Source of the DNA: a virus
Reading direction: 5' to 3' (one strand)
Length of the DNA stretch: 64,000 nucleotides
IMG/VR virus record: IMGVR_UViG_3300042453_003743
Location: 73,342 to 137,341 of that record
Shown here: piece by piece, positions 55,647 to 64,000 of the stretch
Numbering within the stretch: the first letter of the stretch is position 1
Layout: every line of letters begins with the position of its first letter
The notes under the pieces: model-generated
The model's database searches: none
Seen by the model: only the letters and a program-made list of their open reading frames with translations
What the model was told of the DNA's origin: nothing
Made by a program: the position numbers and the translations under genes

Positions 55647-55955
55647 TTAATCTTGGTGAACATCGTCTTCTAGATCTACTGGTTCTTTTGTTGTTGAATT
55701 TTTTTCAACGATATCAACAAAAATTTCTCCAGCTGCCATTGTAAATTCGGGAGTATCTTTGTTAAAATTTTCTGGTCCGTCTACGATTGTAATATCCATG
55801 GTCACTTGTATATCGCCACTTTCCATTTCCTTCAAAGATATTTTTCCGTATCTAAAAACAATACCAGAAAACTCTCCAGAAATAATTTGGATTGGGCAAG
55901 TATCTGCATTTGCTTCAAGAGTCTCTAAAAATTTATATTCAGGAACTTTGGCCAT
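55647..55955 (-). CDS. Probable gp40-like head-vertex assembly chaperone
   Basis: Position between uvsX and 41 as in T4; size fits. Confidence 0.5.
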   Translation of the reverse strand: MAKVPEYKFLETLEANADTCPIQIISGEFSGIVFRYGKISLKEMESGDIQVTMDITIVDGPENFNKDTPEFTMAAGEIFVDIVEKNSTTKEPVDLEDDVHQD

Positions 55956-56961
55956 ATTTAAAATCCTTTTGAATTTCTGTGTCAAGTTTATTTAAAACTT
56001 CCTTGGTGTAATACTTTTCTGGTTCATCATCAATATTTTTTTCAAATACCTTGGATCCATCTGGCAATTCAATTCGTGTAGATACTTTCTTGAATATGCC
56101 ATATTTGATAGCAAGATCGGTTAGACCATAGTAACGGCTTAAACCTGATGTATAGTTCAATCTAGTCTCAACCTGCATATTCTCCTTCACAAACCGATTC
56201 TTATAATTGGTGCACTTAATAAAGTTTCCAACTACACCATCTTCAGTCTTGTCTTTGCTCTTTGACAGTGTGAGAATGTTGCTGGCTGCGTATTTCAAAC
56301 CAATACCGCCACCAAGTTCCTTAGTTGGAACATATGCACCTATTACTTGATAGGTGTGGTTGGTTAGCAGCATGGGTATCTTTGCCTTTCCAAGCTTTAA
56401 AGTTAGTACTCGGAATGTTGCCTTAGTTTGTTGTGCCTTAGTCATGTCACGGACATCTTTGCCTTCTGCCGAGTCAGTCATCTCTTTGCGGGTGGACAAC
56501 ATTCCCAAAGAATCTAGAATCATGAATACTGGCTTTCTATCATCTTCAGGTTGTTCAAGAATGTCATTTACAATTTTAAGTGCTTGAGTCTTAAACTCCT
56601 CAATAGTTGCAACCGGAATTACAGCAACCCGCTCCGGGTCTACACCTCTGGCTGTAAACATGTCTGAAGTTACGGCTTGCTCAGTATCAAAATAAATAAC
56701 AACTCCGTCTTTGTGGTCTTTTAAAAACTGCCCTGCAATACCAATGGCATAAAAAGTTTTGCCAGTAGCGGGATCACCTGCCAAACAAGAAATTTTATTG
56801 TTTGGTAGACCGCCGTAAATAGAACCAGACAATAGAGCGTTGAGAACATATGAACCAGTGTCAATATGACCTGCAACGTCAGCACCGTCAATACCGTCAG
56901 CTACGATAGATGCGTCTGGGTTTTCAATCTTGCTCAATAAATTTTTAAGATACTTTGACAT
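55939..56961 (-). CDS. uvsX: RecA-like recombinase UvsX
   Basis: 'IDTGSY', 'GDPATGKT', 'FDTE', 'DSLGML', 'NHTY', 'GGG.G..YAAS'. Confidence 0.93.
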   Translation of the reverse strand: MSKYLKNLLSKIENPDASIVADGIDGADVAGHIDTGSYVLNALLSGSIYGGLPNNKISCLAGDPATGKTFYAIGIAGQFLKDHKDGVVIYFDTEQAVTSDMFTARGVDPERVAVIPVATIEEFKTQALKIVNDILEQPEDDRKPVFMILDSLGMLSTRKEMTDSAEGKDVRDMTKAQQTKATFRVLTLKLGKAKIPMLLTNHTYQVIGAYVPTKELGGGIGLKYAASNILTLSKSKDKTEDGVVGNFIKCTNYKNRFVKENMQVETRLNYTSGLSRYYGLTDLAIKYGIFKKVSTRIELPDGSKVFEKNIDDEPEKYYTKEVLNKLDTEIQKDFKYGQSS

Positions 56962-57232
56962 TCTTTTTCCTTTTTGGTATTTCTCTAGTAGTTACAATGA
57001 CAGCACCCCAATTGTCTTGGGTTGCCTCAACAGGCTTTACAGAATCGATAATTAGGTCACCAATGCCATCAAGAAATCTTTCACCAACAATATAGCATGG
57101 CCCACCTTCAAAATCAAATAACCCATCACCGTGGCGAGTATACAAAGACCTACCTTCGACTTTGTAAGATCCGTCTTCAAGAAGTGTGATTGTTCGTTCA
57201 TCACCATATCTAGATTTAAATTTCTTAATCAT
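56945..57232 (-). CDS. Hypothetical protein
   Basis: Operon-packed ORF. Confidence 0.6.
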   Translation of the reverse strand: MIKKFKSRYGDERTITLLEDGSYKVEGRSLYTRHGDGLFDFEGGPCYIVGERFLDGIGDLIIDSVKPVEATQDNWGAVIVTTREIPKRKKNVKVS

Positions 57233-57235
57233 ATT

Positions 57236-57880
57236 TTAACACTCCTCGTTTACTGCACTAAGCATTTTAATCTCTTCTTTGAGATCTTCCATCTCGGCCT
57301 TCAACTCCTCAATTGTATTTTTGAGGGCAGCAATTTCTTTTTCCTGATCAATTTCTCTTAGAGTCTTTTCGCGAGAATTAAACTTATGCAACCATTCAAC
57401 ATCTTGATCGTTCAAAATAAGCGGACCTGTTTTCTGTGCTTTTTGGTATGGAATTTTTGTTCCATAGTGGCTGTTAGGTGTAAGCGGTGCTTGAGGAGTA
57501 TAAATTTTACTAGCTTGCCGCCCAGCCTTACTCCAATAATTTAGTGAACCCATAATGTCAATTATTTTTTTAAGTAAATTCTCTCCAGACAGAGACATGT
57601 TTGCTAGATTTTTATCAAACGGCACACCAAAATCTTCCAACAATTCTTTAGTAATAGTCACTGTTTGTAGGTGGATCGAGCTACCCAGATTATCGATAAC
57701 ATCTGCCTTTATATGAAGGGTTTTAGATATCAGATCTTGCCTGATAACTATATGTTGAAACTCATATCCTTCAGAATTTATGCTCTGAAGGTTATTGCCG
57801 GGAGCACCTTTAAACCATTCGTAATCAATATAACCTCTGTCGTATGCAGTTTTGATTAGCATATTTGTATTATACCTCAA
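57236..57880 (-). CDS. Hypothetical protein with a C-terminal coiled coil
   Basis: Operon-packed ORF. Confidence 0.55.
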   Translation of the reverse strand: MRYNTNMLIKTAYDRGYIDYEWFKGAPGNNLQSINSEGYEFQHIVIRQDLISKTLHIKADVIDNLGSSIHLQTVTITKELLEDFGVPFDKNLANMSLSGENLLKKIIDIMGSLNYWSKAGRQASKIYTPQAPLTPNSHYGTKIPYQKAQKTGPLILNDQDVEWLHKFNSREKTLREIDQEKEIAALKNTIEELKAEMEDLKEEIKMLSAVNEEC

Positions 57881-60387
57881 ACAAAGAATGATTCAAGTGT
57901 TACTTTATCACTTATAGACCAGCCAATGGCCTGTAAAATATTGTCAAGTGGCTCTTGAAAAGTTTTTTCAAACTGTTTCTTGGTGTCAATATATTTTTCA
58001 AGATTGAACTCTTTTGGTGGCTTGTTGATGAAGCCCAGCACAGCATCGCGACCACCCATTCCATAAGGATTCGGAACTTTGACAAAAACAAACTTCATCT
58101 TGTCATTTTCCTTTATGTCCTGTACATCCTTGTTGATGCCAAGTTTGCGTGTATACGCATTGTGCAACAACGCAGCTTTTGTTGCGATGGGCGTTCCCGT
58201 CTTGTAAATGCTGCTATTGTCTGAGTACTTTGAGATACCCTTGACACCCCGAGGAGCTGCGACATCCTCAATAGGCAATTTAATAAAGTCATCATAGAAT
58301 TGATCCACATATTCTCGCAACTCCTCTGGGGTTTTTGTCAGGATAATTTTAATGCAATCTTTCAACTTACTTCGTACAATCGCTGGTGTGCTGCTACGAG
58401 CAGTTTCCAGTCCCATGATCTTCAACTTCGGTTCCTTGAATCGAACACCTTCAAGGTCTTGCATAAGAAGAGCATATCTTTTCTTGGCAATGAACATACC
58501 AGCAGAAGCAATCGCTTCGCGCTTGAAGAAGATCTTGTTCTCACCACATCCAAGCGTATGGGCAAGAATTTCCATCTCTTTCTTGAACTCAGGTTGAATC
58601 TTCTGTTCACAGACCTGGTTGATAAAATCTGTCACATCCTTAATGTTGGTCTTAGACGAAATCTTCTGTACAATTGGATCTAGATTGAGGTAAACCGAAT
58701 CTGTGTCAACGGCAATTACATAATCCTTGTCATCTTTGGTCAGATTACGAATATAATCATTCATCGCATTTTCGGCCTTGCGAATGATAACCTGTCCAGT
58801 AACAGTGACAGCCGTAGCCAACTCAGGAGATGAATAGACGAAAGCAGGATTGCCCAGACAGCCATAAAGGCTGTTTGCTAAAATTTTCTTGACTGATTGG
58901 CGGATCTTCAGTGCGGCAATTCTAGGAAGCAATTCAGAATTCTTAGTCGCTTCGTATTCTTTCTCAAGTTCAATCATCTTTGCCTTGGCTTCCTTGCGCT
59001 GATTGAATGTTCTTTCGATGAGAATAGGAATAAATCCCTTGGTATCTCTGGTGAACATGGAACCATTGCAGGCAAGGCATGAATTTTTGCTTTCGGCCTT
59101 TTCAATAAATTCTGGAATATCCTTTCTCTTGCTTCTGAGGAAATCATCTGCGTTTAAAGAAAAATCCTTCTTGGTACATGTCTCGGGGGAGATATTCCAT
59201 TGCATGATGATTGAAGGATAAAGGCTTGTGGCGTCAAAACTTACGACATTTTTGTACAAGCCCGGAGTTACATCCTTGACATACGCACCGACAAATTGAT
59301 CATCCTTTGCATAACTTCTCTTCAGCGGTGGAATGATGTTCTTCTTGAACAAATAATCACAACAAATGGTTTCCCAAATTCTGGTTGCAAAGAAAACCGT
59401 GTCGAAAGTAATCTTGGCCTCATATGCAATAGAAACGGCAAGATCGATCAGTCTGAGCTTATTGTCAAGCTGTTCAACCAGTAATGCATCTTGGACGTTA
59501 TACTCCGCAAACTTTTGGAAATCTTTTTGGTAAAACTCCCGCAAAGATCCATACTCGCTGTAATCCAGTTTTTGAGCATCCAGTTCCACCTTTGCAATGA
59601 AGTTTAGGGCGTAACTTTCCTGACTCGTTCCAGAAAACTTCTTGTACAGATCCATGTAATCAAGAATCGTATATCCGGGGAACTCGTAGATCTTATAGAC
59701 CTTCCCACCAATATCAGTTTCCCGCATCTTCATCAAACCAAAAGGCAACCACTCCTGTATTTCCTTCTCATCAAAGAACAGTTTAGCCCTACCAATTATA
59801 TAGGGCATATCGAAAAGCTTGATGTTCCACCCGGTTATGATGTCTGCATCTTCCTTCTTCAGGACCTCAAAGGTCTTCTGAATAAGTTCCTTTTCCGAAC
59901 TTGTAAGTATTACTTTACAGTTGGGAAGATCGACTGGCTTGCTGGTAATGACATAAGTAACCCCATCAATCCGAATGCTCATCAGATTGATCTTTTCATT
60001 GGGGTTGTCTAGATCTGGGAATCCGTTTTCGGATTCGCATTCCAAGTCCAAGTAGGCTACTTTGATCTTGGAAAGATCGTATTCCACCTCAGTCTCATAA
60101 GTCTCCATGAGATATTGAGTGATAAAATCAGTGTTTCCGTGAATCGGGCAATCATCTAGATCCCTATATTGGTCGAGAAATTGTCTGCAATCGTACAAAG
60201 TGTCAAAGATCATACGCTTGACCTTGACATTGTTCATGGTCCTGTACTTGGCCTTGTCTTGATCCTTCTCCGTTCTTATGTAAAGAGAAGGCTTATACGA
60301 AACGGTGTCGGTAAACCGAACACCATTACGATAGCCGCGAACAAGAATCTTGTTCCCTTTGATAGCACAGGCTGTGTAAAATTTCAT
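57877..60387 (-). CDS. 43: Family B DNA polymerase (T4 gp43-like)
   Basis: Exo 'DLE', 'GWN..FD'; pol 'SFDATSLYPSI', 'K..ANSLYG', 'DTDS', 'KKRY'; C-terminal clamp-binding 'TLESFF'. Confidence 0.96.
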   Translation of the reverse strand: MKFYTACAIKGNKILVRGYRNGVRFTDTVSYKPSLYIRTEKDQDKAKYRTMNNVKVKRMIFDTLYDCRQFLDQYRDLDDCPIHGNTDFITQYLMETYETEVEYDLSKIKVAYLDLECESENGFPDLDNPNEKINLMSIRIDGVTYVITSKPVDLPNCKVILTSSEKELIQKTFEVLKKEDADIITGWNIKLFDMPYIIGRAKLFFDEKEIQEWLPFGLMKMRETDIGGKVYKIYEFPGYTILDYMDLYKKFSGTSQESYALNFIAKVELDAQKLDYSEYGSLREFYQKDFQKFAEYNVQDALLVEQLDNKLRLIDLAVSIAYEAKITFDTVFFATRIWETICCDYLFKKNIIPPLKRSYAKDDQFVGAYVKDVTPGLYKNVVSFDATSLYPSIIMQWNISPETCTKKDFSLNADDFLRSKRKDIPEFIEKAESKNSCLACNGSMFTRDTKGFIPILIERTFNQRKEAKAKMIELEKEYEATKNSELLPRIAALKIRQSVKKILANSLYGCLGNPAFVYSSPELATAVTVTGQVIIRKAENAMNDYIRNLTKDDKDYVIAVDTDSVYLNLDPIVQKISSKTNIKDVTDFINQVCEQKIQPEFKKEMEILAHTLGCGENKIFFKREAIASAGMFIAKKRYALLMQDLEGVRFKEPKLKIMGLETARSSTPAIVRSKLKDCIKIILTKTPEELREYVDQFYDDFIKLPIEDVAAPRGVKGISKYSDNSSIYKTGTPIATKAALLHNAYTRKLGINKDVQDIKENDKMKFVFVKVPNPYGMGGRDAVLGFINKPPKEFNLEKYIDTKKQFEKTFQEPLDNILQAIGWSISDKVTLESFFV

Positions 60388-60701
60388 TTCTTTGCGTCTT
60401 TGTCCTTGAGAAGTCCAGCAAGTATGACACTGTAGTTGATGATGTCAACAATCGCGTCGTATACGCTTTCATTCTTCAAGCAAAGTTCTCCACGGTTAAG
60501 ATAGGTGGAGATTCTTGACATTTTATCCGTCATCCGGATAAGAACCCCGAGTTCAGCCGTCGAAAAACCAAGATATTCAGCACGACGGAAGTTCATGAAC
60601 GGATCTGCGGTAGAAGCGTAGTCATTGTTCTTTTTTTCCATCAATTCCTTGGCTTCTTGGCAAATTTTAGTATGTAATGCAAATAGTTCGTCTCTAGTCA
60701 T
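60384..60701 (-). CDS. DUF1599-like (nucleotide-modification-associated) protein
   Basis: 'KKNNDYA', 'RMTDKMSR', 'ESV.D...DIINY'. Confidence 0.75.
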   Translation of the reverse strand: MTRDELFALHTKICQEAKELMEKKNNDYASTADPFMNFRRAEYLGFSTAELGVLIRMTDKMSRISTYLNRGELCLKNESVYDAIVDIINYSVILAGLLKDKDAKK

Positions 60702-60771
60702 GGTAAATCAATATACCACAACCTATTGGGGTGTCAAGAATATAAATATTAAGACACGGAGTTTTTAAAAG

Positions 60772-61377
60772 ATGTACCTTTCCCTAATAGACCCACTTAA
60801 AATAATTGAAGGCATTTCTATCGCGGTAATGGGAATTTTGGGGATTGGTTGGGGAATTGCAAAATTTTGGAAATCCAAAGAAAAAACAGATAACTTTATT
60901 GCAATTCACACGGAAATTCACGAACTTCTAACAGAACTTCGTTTGAGCGCAGGAAGCATGAGAGCAACAGTTCTCCAGTTTCACAATGGGGAATATTTTA
61001 TGGATGGCATATCAATGAGAAAGTTTTCGATAACCCACGAATCTTCACACCGGGGATATATTTCTCAAGCAGCAAAATTTAAAAATGTTCTTTGTTCTCT
61101 TTATATTCCGTTGTTAAACAGAATTCTTGAAGACAAGGCCATAATTTATCACGTAGAAGCAATGCCGGAAAGTTACGCAAAGCATTTCTTCGAAGACGAA
61201 AATATCTCTCACTATGCTTGTTTACCAGTAAAAAATAAAGCAGTAAATGTCGGATTTATACTCATTCAATGGCATGAAGATTTTAAGCCAAACATGGATA
61301 AAGAGCATGCCATGATGGAACATTTTAGAACAATAAAAGATTCCATAGAACTTCAACTTTCATATCAAAGGAACTAA
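60772..61377 (+). CDS. Single-TM plus GAF-like domain protein (holin T-like architecture)
   Basis: N-terminal TM, 'R..VLQFHNG', 'KFSITHE'; TATAAATA late promoter at ~60741. Confidence 0.5.
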   Translation: MYLSLIDPLKIIEGISIAVMGILGIGWGIAKFWKSKEKTDNFIAIHTEIHELLTELRLSAGSMRATVLQFHNGEYFMDGISMRKFSITHESSHRGYISQAAKFKNVLCSLYIPLLNRILEDKAIIYHVEAMPESYAKHFFEDENISHYACLPVKNKAVNVGFILIQWHEDFKPNMDKEHAMMEHFRTIKDSIELQLSYQRN

Positions 61378-61378
61378 T

Positions 61379-61813
61379 ATGCCTACAGAATTAATATCTT
61401 TGCTTGGTGGAGGAGTAACAGGATTCCTGTTCCGTTATTGGGCTCAACGAGCTCAAGATCAAAAAGACATGTTCAAGATGGCTATTGAGGCCAATAAACA
61501 AACAACAGATAACCAAGATAAAGCAGCCCAACGAGTGCCACTTGACGTAGGCAAAGGAGTGAGACAATTAATAGTTCTTGCTTGTTTGTTCGCTGTCGTT
61601 GCTGCTCCATTTGTTCTTCCATTCTTTGGGATTTCAACATTTGCTGAATTTACTCAAACTCAACCAGAGGGCTTCTTTGGTCTGATCCCAGAAACAACCC
61701 GTAAATATTTTGTAGAGATTCCGGGGTATCTGTTTGCCGAAGAGAATCGTCAAGTTCTTCTTGCCGTTGTCGGATTCTACTTTGGTACAGCAGCAGGAGG
61801 AAACAAATCATGA
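61379..61813 (+). CDS. Multi-TM holin-like membrane protein
   Basis: Three hydrophobic segments; C-terminal 'VVGFYFG'. Confidence 0.55.
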   Translation: MPTELISLLGGGVTGFLFRYWAQRAQDQKDMFKMAIEANKQTTDNQDKAAQRVPLDVGKGVRQLIVLACLFAVVAAPFVLPFFGISTFAEFTQTQPEGFFGLIPETTRKYFVEIPGYLFAEENRQVLLAVVGFYFGTAAGGNKS

Positions 61814-62076
61814 AATATCTAATCCCACTGATTTTATTCCTCGCCTCTTGCACCACACCACAAATTGTCTCACCATTGGACAAACAAGGCAACCCAATTC
61901 ACAGTGTTCTCAAAGAACCATTCTTTGGTACACCTAGCCAAGCCTCCGAGTGGAGCTTTTGGTATGTCATAATTTGCGTAGTTGCAGTTTATGCAGTATG
62001 GCGTGAATTCAAGTCAGTCAAGTGGCCCAAGAAGTCAAGATCTTCCAGTACTTCCGAACCCACCGACTCTGTTTGA
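61810..62076 (+). CDS. Lipoprotein with a C-terminal TM segment (possible spanin)
   Basis: Lipobox 'LASC'; C-terminal hydrophobic helix. Confidence 0.5.
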   Translation: MKYLIPLILFLASCTTPQIVSPLDKQGNPIHSVLKEPFFGTPSQASEWSFWYVIICVVAVYAVWREFKSVKWPKKSRSSSTSEPTDSV

Positions 62077-62550
62077 TTTTTGTTCTGGGGCTTCCCAAGT
62101 CTCTTCGATGTTAGCCTGCTCATACTTGACAAGTTCACCCTGAGCGATTCTATCGCCATGGTAGATCTTCATGATCTCGTCTGAAGTGTTCAGCACGATG
62201 ATCTTTGTCTCTTGAACGTAATCCTCGTCAATCACGCCTTCACAATTGGCAAGAACAAGCCCATACTTGAGAGCCATTCCTGATCTAGGATGTAGACGAA
62301 TGCAGTGATCTTCTGGAATGTCAAAGATCAGCCCAGTACGAATTAGGGCTCGTTCCTGTGGTGCTAGAGTGATATAGTTCTTGCCATTGGCTCCATCATG
62401 CTGAACCTCGTATTCCCTTACAGTCTTTCCAGCATAAATCTGGACCTGTGAATGAGAAAGAATGCAAGCAGCAAGATCAAAACAGGCTGCTTTGCGAGTC
62501 TCGTAATGTGGAATCTTTGCGGATGGTTCGACTTTAAATACTTTGAGCAT
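62035..62550 (-). CDS. dut: dUTPase (trimeric)
   Basis: 'ACFDL', 'RSG', 'GVIDEDY', 'GDRIAQ', 'R.GGFGSTG'. Confidence 0.93.
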   Translation of the reverse strand: MLKVFKVEPSAKIPHYETRKAACFDLAACILSHSQVQIYAGKTVREYEVQHDGANGKNYITLAPQERALIRTGLIFDIPEDHCIRLHPRSGMALKYGLVLANCEGVIDEDYVQETKIIVLNTSDEIMKIYHGDRIAQGELVKYEQANIEETWEAPEQKSNRVGGFGSTGRS

Positions 62551-62580
62551 TCAAATATTATATCACAATTAAAATTGGTG

Positions 62581-62901
62581 TCAAGTGATTTCCATTAGAG
62601 ATACTATTACATGAGTAGAAAATGTGTATCCCGCAGTATATCTTAATTGATTCCCTGACTCTAATGCCAAAGGAGCATCTAAAACTTGCAAACTTGTTCT
62701 GGAGGGAAGTTGCGCTTGCGTAATTATAGAATATCCTGTACTACCTTTTACCAACTCTACTGTAACATAATTTGTGTTATTTACATCGTTGTTGGCAATT
62801 TGAATAGAATTTACTAGGGCTGTTCCGGTTACCCCACTATAAATAGTTGTGGCTGCGGTTGAGCCAACAATTGTACCAAAACTTTTATATGCTTCAGGCA
62901 T
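62581..62901 (-). CDS. Putative virion protein
   Basis: Beta-rich, ends 'VSLMEIT'. Confidence 0.55.
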   Translation of the reverse strand: MPEAYKSFGTIVGSTAATTIYSGVTGTALVNSIQIANNDVNNTNYVTVELVKGSTGYSIITQAQLPSRTSLQVLDAPLALESGNQLRYTAGYTFSTHVIVSLMEIT

Positions 62902-63115
62902 ACGAATTTCCTTCTTGATTATTTATCTGTAACTCTGGAAGACCAAAAAATACTCTGGCTGCTGACTCAGCATCAAACCAATAAAAACCACCTATAGGAT
63001 AGATATAATTATCCTTTTCTTCTTTATGAAGATCCCCACCACCCCTTTTTACAAAGTTTGGTGCATGGAGCAAATCATTTCCATCCAAACAATAAAAACC
63101 TGGTCCTCTATCCAT
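62894..63115 (-). CDS. Small tail-associated protein
   Basis: 'GFY...LLHAPNFV...YPI.G.YWFD....A..FFG'. Confidence 0.55.
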   Translation of the reverse strand: MDRGPGFYCLDGNDLLHAPNFVKRGGGDLHKEEKDNYIYPIGGFYWFDAESAARVFFGLPELQINNQEGNSYA

Positions 63116-63119
63116 AATT

Positions 63120-64000
63120 TTATCCTAGTACTTGCCATCCCTTTCCAATGGCTATTGAGGTATCATCTGCTGCGTTTCCCCAGTTTGAAGTTACTGTAAT
63201 AGATCTTGCATTTGCTCCAGAAGCACCTACAACTGCAAGACTCCTATAAATATCATTCAGTGCTGTTGAACCCAATGAGCAAGCTTCAAAAGAAACATTT
63301 GCACCAGTAAATCCTGTCATTCCACACGAACTAAGATTCCAATTTTGATAAAACATACGTGTTGTAGTTGAAGTGCCACCATAGTTATTTGCATTGCTGG
63401 AAATTGTCATACCTGGAATTTCTTTTAGTGCTCTGCAGTTATAGAACATACCTGTTAAGTTTGTACAATTTGAAATATTTGTAATCAAAGGACAATTTGT
63501 TAAGTCATAACATTCATAAAACATTTCTGAGCAGTTGGTAAGAGTTGCCCCAGTAACAAATGTATTGGGAACTCTTTCCAAAGGTCTGCAGAACCTAAAC
63601 ATGTTGTCGGTTCTAGTGGCTTGTGGCATGTTAAATGTATTTCCCCAAGCAGAATCAAATCCTCTAATACCAGAAGTACCAAACATCGTGTTAAAATTGT
63701 CTCCTTTACTTGTATCGAAGTAAGGTACTGTTTCCAGAGCCAAAGCACCGTTAAACATTGCAGAAAAATTTGTAACATTTGAAGTGTTTGTTATTTTTGG
63801 AAAATATTTTAAATTTCTACAATTTTGAAACATATTTGCCAAACTTGTAGCACTTACTGCATTTATTTCTCCAGGTATTTCTTCTAGAGAACCACAACCA
63901 GCAAACAATCCAGCCATATTTCCGCCAGTGACTTTTGATGTATCCAATGCCGGAATTCTTTTTAACATTTGGCAGTCTTGGAACAATTGCGTCATTGAAA
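63120..64000 (-). CDS. BspA/DUF285-like LRR-repeat protein, probable receptor-binding protein (5' truncated)
   Basis: Repeated 'MF.NC..L...P...TS.VT' units; frame is open to the window edge. Confidence 0.75.
   Translation of the reverse strand, partial: SMTQLFQDCQMLKRIPALDTSKVTGGNMAGLFAGCGSLEEIPGEINAVSATSLANMFQNCRNLKYFPKITNTSNVTNFSAMFNGALALETVPYFDTSKGDNFNTMFGTSGIRGFDSAWGNTFNMPQATRTDNMFRFCRPLERVPNTFVTGATLTNCSEMFYECYDLTNCPLITNISNCTNLTGMFYNCRALKEIPGMTISSNANNYGGTSTTTRMFYQNWNLSSCGMTGFTGANVSFEACSLGSTALNDIYRSLAVVGASGANARSITVTSNWGNAADDTSIAIGKGWQVLG

Noticed and set aside
49560-60387. Introns, inteins or stop-codon recoding in core genes
   Set aside because: nrdJ, thyX, 61, 41, uvsX and 43 are full length and uninterrupted in code 11; no suppressor tRNA was seen.
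63120-64000. DGR target in the LRR tail protein
   Set aside because: No reverse transcriptase or adenine-variable TR/VR pair is visible in this window.

Overview
A 64-kb segment of a large T4-like (myovirus-type) bacteriophage genome, read in standard genetic code 11. The AT-rich core carries the T4-type replication block (gp43 polymerase, UvsX, gp40-like, gp41 helicase, gp61 primase), nucleotide metabolism genes (class II RNR, ThyX, dUTPase, GMP reductase), nucleases, glycosyltransferases, a probable lysis cassette and many virion or internal-head proteins behind T4-late-like TAAATA promoters. Embedded in it is a sharply GC-rich early-gene island (~7950-19950) built from cassettes of the form consensus sigma70 promoter, leaderless ORF, terminator. 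These cassettes are interleaved with about 12 equally consensus promoters that lead into a conserved (C/A)TACTTGGT-type motif instead of a gene, plus several repeated non-coding boxes. There are ten tRNA genes, mostly reading A-ending codons and including Ile-UAU and a short-variable-loop Leu-CAA. There is also an RNA cluster containing a circularly permuted (two-piece) tmRNA gene with tag ANIKAAPMRMAA and an aberrant tRNA-like RNA. All calls come from reading motifs by eye; no database searches or computations were run.
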